From positions 1,080,001 to 1,112,000 of the forward strand of contig NC_010546.1 of NCBI RefSeq assembly GCF_000017845.1: a stretch of DNA of 32,000 bases, written 5' to 3'. The notes below the pieces were generated by a model. That model worked only from the letters and a program-made list of their open reading frames with translations. It was not told the DNA's origin and ran no database searches. Of this stretch, positions 1-8,295 are shown one piece after another; position 1 is the first letter of the stretch, and every line of letters starts with the position of its first letter. A program made the position numbers and the translations under genes. The stretch is from Crocosphaera subtropica ATCC 51142 (lineage in GTDB: Bacteria > Cyanobacteriota > Cyanobacteriia > Cyanobacteriales > Microcystaceae).

Positions 1-1
1 T

Positions 2-442
2 CCTAATGACCCAGAATTAAACTTACTGAAGGGTTATCTAGATTTAATTTTATCGGTTAATTTGCCCTTCTCTTCCCCAGAAGATGCGATCGCCCGTTTT
101 GAACAATATGCAGCTCCTAATTATATGGTGGATCGGGCTTTATTTGCAGCTTATCGGGACTTGGATCAATACGATACCGCTATGCAATACATTAACCAAG
201 CGTTGGCCAATAGTCCTCATAACCCTGAATTACAGTATTTTAAAGGTCAACTGTTGCGTAAGAAAGGAAGAACTAAAGATGGTCAGCCTAAAGATTTAGT
301 CCTACTCAAAGAAGCTTATACTTACTTTGAACAAGCGATGACTAAGGTGGATCAACTTCCTAAAGGGGTTCAAATACCATTACGTCACGATCATCGGGCC
401 GTACAAGATGAAATTTCTAAGTTAAGTATGAATCCTAATTAA
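2..442 (+). CDS. TPR-like helical-repeat protein, C-terminal part (5' end lies outside the window)
   Basis: The frame of the 62..442 ORF stays open back to base 2 (PNDPELNLLKGYLDLILSVN...), so the TTG at 62 is not the true start. The repeated pattern (AYRDLDQYDTAMQYINQALANSPHNPELQYFKGQLL) is TPR-like. Confidence 0.6.
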   Translation, partial: PNDPELNLLKGYLDLILSVNLPFSSPEDAIARFEQYAAPNYMVDRALFAAYRDLDQYDTAMQYINQALANSPHNPELQYFKGQLLRKKGRTKDGQPKDLVLLKEAYTYFEQAMTKVDQLPKGVQIPLRHDHRAVQDEISKLSMNPN

Positions 443-564
443 TGTAAATTACCCCAACTAAACCCTGTTATGGTTGGGGACTTTCATCTACATCGTTAAA
501 TTGCCTTACATTGGGTATTCTCTTAACTCATAACAATGTAATTTTTTTCAGACTGAGGTTATTG

Positions 565-1215
565 CTATCCTTGTTGATTTGGTTCTCTTATCCATTGTCT
601 AACTCGCTTTAATGTTGCTGTTTCCCCAATGATTAATCTTTGTTGTAACCATTGAGGAATTAAGGTAATATCTAAGCCAGGAAAAGCCAAACTTTGGCTT
701 ATTTGTTCATAATTTTGTTGCTTTAAATTTAAACCATAAATTTGTAACATTTCCCCATTATATCGCCATATTTCTGTTACCCCTAATGCTGCATAAATGG
801 GTAACTTATTCAAAGAACCACTGGTAATATCAACTTCAATGGCTAAGTCTGGGGGTATATCTCCTTGATTTAAGTCAATATTTTGCTTATTTCTAACTTC
901 GGGTTCATGTTTCAAATAAAAACAAGCATCGGGTTCTATTCCTTTTTCAAGGTCATCTCTTTTTAAGGTAAGGGAACCAAAACTTTTAATATTCATCTCC
1001 CATTCTTCAGCCATAACAAAAATAAGGCGCGCAATAAACCAATTATTATTCTCATGCTCTCCCAAAGGACTCATTATCTGTAAATACCCTTCATCATAAG
1101 TAAGGCGTTTTCTGGGACTTGGACTTATTTCTTCACTGATACGCACAAAGGTTTCCCAACTAATAGGATGCAATACTATATAGTTTTCTGCTTGGGGTTT
1201 GATGAGGGTTTCCAT
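565..1215 (-). CDS. Uma2 family (DUF820) putative endonuclease
   Basis: 216 aa with the typical Uma2 layout (ISWETF...RLTYDEGYLQIMSP...H...PDLAIEV.S......K...Y...GV.E.W). This family is highly expanded in cyanobacteria. Confidence 0.8.
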   Translation of the reverse strand: METLIKPQAENYIVLHPISWETFVRISEEISPSPRKRLTYDEGYLQIMSPLGEHENNNWFIARLIFVMAEEWEMNIKSFGSLTLKRDDLEKGIEPDACFYLKHEPEVRNKQNIDLNQGDIPPDLAIEVDITSGSLNKLPIYAALGVTEIWRYNGEMLQIYGLNLKQQNYEQISQSLAFPGLDITLIPQWLQQRLIIGETATLKRVRQWIREPNQQG

Positions 1216-1590
1216 TATCTTTTTTATTACACTTATTATTTATAGTTTGTCTGTTCTAGTGAAAAAAATGGGTTTAAGTCGTTAAAATTTAAGCGATCGC
1301 AGACAACTTTAGACACTAAAAGTTAGATATAGATTAGGTTTCAGGACTTAGTAGTAATTTTGGTTACAATAAGACTCATCATATATCATCACTACCATAA
1401 AATAAAAATAACCAAAAGTCAAGAATTGGGTAAATTTTGGCAAAATCAACGAAAATACAAATTTCATTAACGTTTGTAACAAGAGTTTTGAGTTCAATAT
1501 ATTAAATATTTTTAAGAAAAATAATAAGTTGAGTTTATTCTTCATTAGATTAGATAGCAATACTTGAAATATTTTGCTATCACTAATATT

Positions 1591-1649
1591 GTAACCTGAG
1601 TTCGACGAAAGAGAATCTATGGAAAACTGACAACCAACAAGAAGTCTCA
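1591..1649 (+). repeat. Copy A of a ~60-nt dispersed repeat core (gtaacctgagttcgacgaaagagaatctatggaaaactgacaaccaacaagaagtctca)
   Basis: Near-identical to the reverse complement of 28212..28271, with only a few substitutions or indels by eye. It lies inside a spurious low-complexity ORF (1348..1650). Confidence 0.75.
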
Positions 1650-1804
1650 AACCCTGCTTTCCCCGTTAAAAAAATTCTAACTCCGTTGCGTAGCACGACG
1701 TAGTCGCACTCCGAACTCCTAACACCGAACTCACGTTATTGTAAGGTCAAATAATCTAATCTAATGATTAGACCTTCAAGGTAAATCTTTAAATAAAAAA
1801 AATT

Positions 1805-2383
1805 ATGTTAACAATGACAGTTAATTGGACTAAACTAGCAAAAATAAGAGAGTTAGAAGAATATTTTAAAGAAGATTTTGATGGGTTTAAAAAGTTGATA
1901 GGAGAAAAAATAGAAGAATTTGGACATTTTTCTGATGAAGCTCTAGATAAATTTGCGAAACTGCGTGTATTGGAAGTAACTAATGGTTGCACTCAATGGG
2001 CATTTCGTCGAGGGGATAAAGAATGTTTATCAGTAGAACAAACCCGTGAATGTATGAATTTAGTTATGGGATTTATAAAACAAGCGGAATTATATTTCCC
2101 CAGCGAAGGGAAAATAGAATTTGATGATGAACAAAAGGCTTTTATTGAAGCAGGGCGTAACTTATATATAAATGCTTTCAAAAAACATAATAAAGACTCT
2201 GAACGAGAATATTATGCAGCATCAACTGCTCAGTTTATTGTTTATGGAAAGAAGCGTATGCAATTAGCATTTAATATAGTAAAACAAGACTACGAAATGC
2301 TGTTTTCCCCCTATTATATTGAGAGGGGACAAAAATATATTATGCCTTATTTGGAGTGTTTGGAAAGTAAGGAGAATGAATAA
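1805..2383 (+). CDS. Hypothetical protein (192 aa), no family recognised
   Basis: Clean ATG ORF in an AT-rich stretch between a Uma2 gene and purD. I recognise no motif. Confidence 0.5.
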   Translation: MLTMTVNWTKLAKIRELEEYFKEDFDGFKKLIGEKIEEFGHFSDEALDKFAKLRVLEVTNGCTQWAFRRGDKECLSVEQTRECMNLVMGFIKQAELYFPSEGKIEFDDEQKAFIEAGRNLYINAFKKHNKDSEREYYAASTAQFIVYGKKRMQLAFNIVKQDYEMLFSPYYIERGQKYIMPYLECLESKENE

Positions 2384-2430
2384 TAGGCTTAAATGATTCT
2401 TGTACTTCTGTATTAGTTTGTCGTGAATGA

Positions 2431-3690
2431 TTAACGAACCCGATGACCAATATCACGACGATAATATTTACCAGAAAAATCAATGGCTTCGATGCAACTA
2501 TAAACTTTCTCAATAGCTTCGTTAAAATCTTGACCCCTAGATGTCACCCCTAATACTCGCCCCCCGTCGGTTAATAAGCGGTTATCTTCTAACTTTGTAC
2601 CTGCTTGAAATACCGTCGATCCCAAATTTTCAGCTTCAGTGATCCCTGTAATCACTTTTCCTTTTTCATAGCTTCCAGGATAGCCCTCAGAAGCCGCTAC
2701 CACACACACCGCACTCCCGTCATACCATTGTAATGGGGGAAACTCATTTAAACGGCCTTCAATACAAGCCATCAACAACTCAGCTAAGGGAGTTTCTAGA
2801 AGAGGTAACACCGCTTGAGTTTCAGGATCACCAAAGCGACAATTATATTCTAGAACTTTGGGATCACCTTCGGGTGTGACCATTAACCCGGCATAGAGTA
2901 CCCCACAATAGTTAATCCCTTGTTGACGTAAAGCGGACACCGTAGGTTCTAAAATCTCTTTTTGCACCCTTTCTAATAACTCAGGGGTGGCGATGGGTGC
3001 TGGTGCATAAGCCCCCATTCCCCCAGTATTAGGCCCAGTGTCTCCTTCTCCGATGCGTTTGTGATCTTGTGCTGGTAATAAAGCCCGTACGGTTTTACCA
3101 TCGGTGAGGGCTAATATAGAGACTTCTTCCCCTTGTAAACATTCTTCGACCACAATTAAATTAAAGCCTGTTTGCATCAACTCATCTACGGCATTGTAAG
3201 CTTCTTCGACGGTTTGAGCGACGATCACCCCTTTTCCAGCGGCCAAGTTATCCGCTTTTACCACAATAGGCGCACCTTGTTGGGTAATATAAGCTTTAGC
3301 TGCTTGTGCATCGGTAAAGGTTTTTCCTTGGGCGATCGCAATACCTGACTCAGCCATCAATTTTTTAGCCCAAGACTTGCTTGACTCAATTTGTGCGCCG
3401 GCTTGAGTCGGACCAAATACTTTAAGATTGTAGCGTTGTAAATAATCGGTGATACCTTTTGATAAGGGAACTTCTGGGCCAACTACCACGAGATCAATGT
3501 TATTTTGCTGTACAAACTCAGCAATATTGCCAAAGTCATCCACTGCATAGGGAAGATTTTCGCATCCTTCTAAAGAAGCTGTTCCTCCATTGCCAGGGGT
3601 ACAAAAACATTGTTCTACTTGAGGCGACTGAAGTAGTTTCCAAGCTAGGGCGTGTTCTCGCCCTCCATTTCCCACAACTAAGACTTTCAC
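2431..3690 (-). CDS. purD: Phosphoribosylamine--glycine ligase
   Basis: 419 aa starting at a GTG. The N-terminus MKVLVVGNGGREHALAWKL and the ATP-grasp core (GPNTGGMGAYAP, VLYAGLM, EYNCRFGDPE) are diagnostic of PurD. Confidence 0.95.
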   Translation of the reverse strand: MKVLVVGNGGREHALAWKLLQSPQVEQCFCTPGNGGTASLEGCENLPYAVDDFGNIAEFVQQNNIDLVVVGPEVPLSKGITDYLQRYNLKVFGPTQAGAQIESSKSWAKKLMAESGIAIAQGKTFTDAQAAKAYITQQGAPIVVKADNLAAGKGVIVAQTVEEAYNAVDELMQTGFNLIVVEECLQGEEVSILALTDGKTVRALLPAQDHKRIGEGDTGPNTGGMGAYAPAPIATPELLERVQKEILEPTVSALRQQGINYCGVLYAGLMVTPEGDPKVLEYNCRFGDPETQAVLPLLETPLAELLMACIEGRLNEFPPLQWYDGSAVCVVAASEGYPGSYEKGKVITGITEAENLGSTVFQAGTKLEDNRLLTDGGRVLGVTSRGQDFNEAIEKVYSCIEAIDFSGKYYRRDIGHRVR

Positions 3691-3806
3691 GCTTTAATCA
3701 TACATAAATAAACCCATAGACATCATAAGTCTGTCAGTGCTAACATTGCAATCTAATTGTCATAGACTGATCACGGATAACTAATCACGGGTCACTCAAA
3801 AAACTG

Positions 3807-4916
3807 ATGTTTCGCATTTATACCGCTCATTCATTAGGACAAAAATGGGTTGAAAACTATCAAGAATGTTCAGCGATTTTTGCTTGTATTGTAGGCTTTA
3901 CTGAGACGGGTTTAATTCCTGGTATTTCGGCAGCCGGTGCCACTCCAGAAGCGAGAAAATATACAGCGATCGCCGATGCAGAATTTTTAATTAATGGGGT
4001 TCAATCTTCTTATCACTATCCTTTACCGCCTTTAAGTCAAGGGGTTTCTCCTGTTTTTATTACTCGTGCGGTGGTAGAAGCTTGTAATATTCCTATCTAT
4101 TTATTTAATGCTGGTTTACCTACGCCTCCGTCTGTTCCTTACATTGATTTGAAGGGAAAATCAGCTAACTGTTTAACCACAGGAAAAGCTTTACCCTTAC
4201 CATTAGTTTATGAGTTATTTCAACAAGGATTAAAGTGGGGTAAAAAATTAGCAAAAGATCATACAAAAAATTATTTAATTCTCAGTGAATGTGTTGTGGG
4301 TGGTACAACCACGGCCTTATCTATTTTAACAGGATTAGGAATTAATGCCACAGAAAAAGTGAATAGTAGTCATCCTCATTGTAATCATAAACAAAAAGAA
4401 TTAATCGTTAAAGAAGGCTTTAAAAATGCTGGTTATTCTTATAATTTAAAACCAATTAATCCTTTTGAATTAGTGGCTGCTGTGGGTGATCCAATGCAAA
4501 TAGTCGTCGCAGGAATGGCGATTAGTGCGAGTCTAAAAACAGGAGTAATGTTAGCTGGAGGAACCCAAATGTTAGCAGTTTATGCTTTAATTAAAAGCAT
4601 TATTAATACATCTAAATACCAAGGTAACTTAGATAATATTATTGTCGGTACAACTCGCTGGGTAGCCGAAGATTTAACAGGGGATACTGTTACTTTAGCT
4701 GAGTCTATTGGGACGGTTCCTTTATTCGCAACTCAACTAAATTTTTCTAGTTCTTCTTATCAACAATTACAAATGTACGAACAAGGTTATGTTAAAGAGG
4801 GTGTAGGTGCTGGGGGATGTGCGATCGCTGCTTCTTTATCTTACAATTGGACTCAAGAAAAGTTATTAAATCGTATTGAAAATTTGGTCAATAATTATCA
4901 CAGAATAAGAAACTAG
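3807..4916 (+). CDS. CobT-like / UPF0284 (TIGR00303-type) protein
   Basis: 369 aa. TGLIPGISAAGATPE ... ECVVGGTTTA ... GDPMQ match my recollection of the cyanobacterial UPF0284 / nicotinate-nucleotide-DMB phosphoribosyltransferase-like family. Confidence 0.65.
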   Translation: MFRIYTAHSLGQKWVENYQECSAIFACIVGFTETGLIPGISAAGATPEARKYTAIADAEFLINGVQSSYHYPLPPLSQGVSPVFITRAVVEACNIPIYLFNAGLPTPPSVPYIDLKGKSANCLTTGKALPLPLVYELFQQGLKWGKKLAKDHTKNYLILSECVVGGTTTALSILTGLGINATEKVNSSHPHCNHKQKELIVKEGFKNAGYSYNLKPINPFELVAAVGDPMQIVVAGMAISASLKTGVMLAGGTQMLAVYALIKSIINTSKYQGNLDNIIVGTTRWVAEDLTGDTVTLAESIGTVPLFATQLNFSSSSYQQLQMYEQGYVKEGVGAGGCAIAASLSYNWTQEKLLNRIENLVNNYHRIRN

Positions 4917-4985
4917 ATATATTTTGATTAGCTAATTCAACACTATTATAATCAATATCTGCTATGTTTTTAATATATTAATTAT

Positions 4986-6764
4986 CTACTGGCTATAGTG
5001 ACGATTTAAAATTTTTTCTATTATTTCAAAAACTTCTTTAAATGCAGTAAAATCAAAATCATTAAACCCTTCTTCTTTATCATAGATATAGGTTGCAAAG
5101 TCATCTTTTGGCAATGCTACATTATTATTATCAGAATCAAAAACTTTACCATCTATGATTTTGAGTTGATTAGATTTGAATTTATTGTCAGTAGTAGTTA
5201 ATTGAGGTTTAGATAAATGTCTACCACTCTCTCGGTGAAATTCGTTGCTTAGAAAAAGTCTTTTATTTTTCTTGTCTGTGCGTTTAATTTCTGAATCTTG
5301 ATAATAATGTTCGATACAAATTTCTTTAACATCTTGACGATGTTTAGGGATAGGTAAAGCAAAAGAATAAACACCATTATCCCAATCTTTGAAACCTTGA
5401 GAATCATCATGAATTTTTTTTATTATATTAGGTTCATCTCGATCAAAAATAGCAATCAGAGGAATATTTCGCTTCTCCTTACAAAACTGTTTGCATACGT
5501 CAAAAAGTTGACTACTACCTTGCTTATCAGGCTCTAAATCGTCTTTATAGTCTAAGTCAAAATAATCAACTATCTTTTTATTGATTAACCATTTCCAAGC
5601 AACTTTTAAATGTTTAATATCTGTTTTTCCTTCAGTCCAAATAATAGCTTTATGTAAGTTATTTGATGACTTGATCTCTGAAAGTTTACTGGTAATAAAA
5701 TTAATTTTTGAATCATCCGCTAAATCAGGGACAAGAACTTTTAATTGTTTTAAGAACTTCAAATAAATATGATCAGTGTCTCCTCGAACTAAGCCAATAA
5801 AATTTATTTTTCCTTGAACCATTTTTCTAAAGCAATCTCGACTTTTCATATTATTATTGTTTTCATTAAATCCCTTATAAAATTCAGCTTCTGCATTTTC
5901 TAAACCATATTTTTTCCAAGCATGAAGAATAGCACGAACCTGTCGGATATACTTACGCTTAACATTAAGTTTCTCATTAACAATAATTCCAGTCACTTCT
6001 TGCCGTTGATATCTATTTTGTAATCTTAGTTTTGATAAATTAACTGAAAATCCATTATCTTTAATAACTGTTATCAATTCGTCTGCAAGAACAAAGGTTT
6101 CAGAATCTTGAGAAAAATAGGCAAGACGATGAGGAAATTTGAATCGAGAAGTTGAAAAGGTAATATCGTCTGCATATCTAGTATAAATACACCGATATTT
6201 CTTTGCCAATTTTTGAAGCTGAGAATCTAATCTGGCGCAAATCATATTTGATATAATTGGTGAGGTGGGTGCGCCTTGTGGTAATTGATTATTATAACAA
6301 CAAATTTGTGCTAATATAGTAGCAACTTCTTGAGTACAATTATAAGGTTTTGCGATAAAAAGTCCTCGAACTCTTCCAAAGTTAATAGATGGAAAAAAAT
6401 CTTGATCTTCAAGATTTAAAATGTATCGTTGTTTGAGATGTATTTTGGCATTAGTAACAATACTTTTTTGAATAGCAAAACCATGTACTGATGGTTTTAC
6501 TTGATATACGCTACTCAAAACTTGATTAAGTTTGTGTTGAATTATTTTTAAAGATGTTTGAGGAGTAGTAATTAATCTGTGTCCACCCGACTTTTTAGGG
6601 ATTTTAAAAGTAGTATATGCTTTATCTCTAGGGTGAATATACAAATGATAGCGTAATTGATAGTCACTAACTTGGAGTAATCTAGCAACATCCTGGCGTG
6701 TTTTTAATTGCTCAAAGTGTTTTTTTAATTCTTCTTGTGGTAAATCTAAAGAAGTTGTCCCCAT
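4986..6764 (-). CDS. Retron-type reverse transcriptase fused to a C-terminal TOPRIM-like domain
   Basis: RT motifs: KKSGGHRLITTP, SIVTNAKIH (retron NAxxH), FFPSI, QGAPTSPIISN, YTRYADDITFS, and RQEVTGIIVN (retron VTG). The C-terminal ~290 aa carry IIWTEGKTDIKH (TOPRIM Glu) and IAIFDRDEP (DxD). I place the start at ATG 6764 (MGTTSLDLPQ...). The ORF-track TTG at 6824 would overlap the a2 repeat of the ncRNA. Confidence 0.8.
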   Translation of the reverse strand: MGTTSLDLPQEELKKHFEQLKTRQDVARLLQVSDYQLRYHLYIHPRDKAYTTFKIPKKSGGHRLITTPQTSLKIIQHKLNQVLSSVYQVKPSVHGFAIQKSIVTNAKIHLKQRYILNLEDQDFFPSINFGRVRGLFIAKPYNCTQEVATILAQICCYNNQLPQGAPTSPIISNMICARLDSQLQKLAKKYRCIYTRYADDITFSTSRFKFPHRLAYFSQDSETFVLADELITVIKDNGFSVNLSKLRLQNRYQRQEVTGIIVNEKLNVKRKYIRQVRAILHAWKKYGLENAEAEFYKGFNENNNNMKSRDCFRKMVQGKINFIGLVRGDTDHIYLKFLKQLKVLVPDLADDSKINFITSKLSEIKSSNNLHKAIIWTEGKTDIKHLKVAWKWLINKKIVDYFDLDYKDDLEPDKQGSSQLFDVCKQFCKEKRNIPLIAIFDRDEPNIIKKIHDDSQGFKDWDNGVYSFALPIPKHRQDVKEICIEHYYQDSEIKRTDKKNKRLFLSNEFHRESGRHLSKPQLTTTDNKFKSNQLKIIDGKVFDSDNNNVALPKDDFATYIYDKEEGFNDFDFTAFKEVFEIIEKILNRHYSQ

Positions 6765-6780
6765 ATCTGTTAGTAGAAAC

Positions 6781-6938
6781 AAAAAAGCTAGATACTTTGC
6801 ATTATATTCTAACTTATTGCCCAACCCAGATTTGTCCTAGGTGAGCCAAAGTGTAAGGGCATATATCTTATCCATTGAAACATAACCTCCGCAGTATCAA
6901 CAGAGGGAATCAATAAGCTACAAGTATCTAGCTTTTTC
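6781..6938 (-). ncRNA. Retron msr/msd non-coding RNA (candidate)
   Basis: On the minus strand, a1 GAAAAAGCTAGATACTTG (6938..6921) and a2 CAAAGTATCTAGCTTTTTT (6799..6781) are inverted repeats (17 bp, one bulge). a2 ends 16 nt before the RT ATG. a1 is followed by TAGC, a candidate branching G at 6918. A second closing pairing is CTTATTG/CAATAAG. An msr-like hairpin CCTCTG-8nt-CGGAGG is also present. Confidence 0.7.
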
Positions 6939-7080
6939 GAGTATAGATCATCTGTTCGGAAATTACAAATTTTTTCTCAGTGCAATAGCAGATATTGTAG
7001 GATACATTAACCTTAATCTAAAAAGGTTAAAGGATTGATCATGAGGTAAACTAAAGATAACAAGTAAAGTCAATACAACC

Positions 7081-7329
7081 ATGATGAATAATCAAACAGA
7101 AATTAAAATTAAAGTCCCTTTAGATATTGCTGAAACTTATTGGAATGCAACGGAAGAAGAACGCAAAAAAATAGAAAAAAGAATTGCCTTTTATCTTAAA
7201 TTATCTACCTTATCGAGACAAGAATCACTCAATCAATTATATAAAACAATGGATATTATTGGAAAAAAAGCACAAGAAAGAGGTTTAACTCCTGAAATTT
7301 TAGAATCTCTCTTAAATGAAGATGAATAG
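7081..7329 (+). CDS. Putative antitoxin of the PIN toxin-antitoxin pair
   Basis: 82-aa charged protein whose stop overlaps the start of the downstream PIN gene. I recognise no specific family. Confidence 0.55.
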   Translation: MMNNQTEIKIKVPLDIAETYWNATEEERKKIEKRIAFYLKLSTLSRQESLNQLYKTMDIIGKKAQERGLTPEILESLLNEDE

Positions 7330-7732
7330 ACGATTTGTTCTGGATACTAATATTATTATCAGTTCCGTTCTATCGCTAAACAGTAAACCCAATACTGCTT
7401 TAAAAAAAGCTCAACAATTAGGAATTGTTATTGCATCCCCTGCTACTTGGAAAGAACTAGAAAGCGTCTTATTTCGTTCAAAATTTGACCGTTACATTAC
7501 CGTTGAAGAACGCCAACAGTTTTTATTAGATTTATCCCAAACTGTTGAATATATCCTAGAAATGAGTTTTAAGACAGACATTTGTCGAGATCCTAAAGAT
7601 AATAAATATTTAGAATTAGCAGTTAATGGTCAAGCAGAATCCATTATCACAGGGGATAACGACTTATTAATTTTACACCCTTTTCAATCAATTAATATTC
7701 TTACAGTTCATGATTTTTTACTTAGTCATTAA
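7316..7732 (+). CDS. PIN-domain toxin (TIGR00305-like putative toxin-antitoxin system toxin)
   Basis: FVLDTNIIISSVLS ... CRDPKDNKYLELAVNGQAESIITGDNDLL is the characteristic pattern of this PIN subfamily. It overlaps the upstream small ORF. Confidence 0.8.
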   Translation: MKMNRRFVLDTNIIISSVLSLNSKPNTALKKAQQLGIVIASPATWKELESVLFRSKFDRYITVEERQQFLLDLSQTVEYILEMSFKTDICRDPKDNKYLELAVNGQAESIITGDNDLLILHPFQSINILTVHDFLLSH

Positions 7733-7774
7733 GTAAAAATCATCCTATAATCTCTAATACAGGGGATAATCTCA

Positions 7775-8290
7775 ATGTTGCAATTACTATCAACTTCTTT
7801 TGTATTAATTTCTTTGAGCTTTTATGAGCAATCATTGAACCATTCATCAATGACTCGTTATCAACCAGTTGAAAATAATAAAATACTCGCTCAAAATAGA
7901 GAAAATAATCAACAATTTAATCAGTTAAAACAAGAATTAGAAAAAGCAGGATTTGAGGTAATTCTTGCTTTACCACCGAAAAGAGGGGCTTATGGACTCT
8001 TACAAGTTACCACAAAAAAAATATGGATTAATCCTGTTGTTTTCGATCTTCATATTGCCCTACCAACCATTATCCATGAATCAGTTCATGCATCGCAATT
8101 GTGTGCAGGAAAAGGAGAAATAACCGCATTAGGATTAACCCTAGAACCGATTAATCAAGCCCGTCCTTTTTTTCAAGGTTATCGAGATATTCATCGTAAA
8201 GACTTAGAAAGAGAAGCTTACACCGTACAAACCCAACCCAATCGTTTTGAATTAGCTTTATCTTTACTTAGAGAAAAGTGTCAACTATAA
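7775..8290 (+). CDS. Hypothetical protein with N-terminal hydrophobic segment and an HExxH motif (IIHESVHAS)
   Basis: 171-aa ORF. The HExxH is the only recognisable feature and the start codon is uncertain. Confidence 0.45.
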   Translation: MLQLLSTSFVLISLSFYEQSLNHSSMTRYQPVENNKILAQNRENNQQFNQLKQELEKAGFEVILALPPKRGAYGLLQVTTKKIWINPVVFDLHIALPTIIHESVHASQLCAGKGEITALGLTLEPINQARPFFQGYRDIHRKDLEREAYTVQTQPNRFELALSLLREKCQL

Positions 8291-8295
8291 GTGCT

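Noticed and set aside
1348-1650. 100-aa ORF on the minus strand
   Set aside because: The translation is an AT-rich low-complexity string (many N/L/F/K/S). It overlaps the dispersed 60-nt repeat and has no start context. The same reasoning applies to 28120..28335 over the other repeat copy.
6765-6824. TTG at 6824 as the RT start (612-aa version)
   Set aside because: The extra 20 codons (MGNKLEYNAKYLAFLFLLTD) are encoded by the a2 repeat and the adjacent ncRNA. The ATG at 6764 gives a typical retron RT N-terminus.
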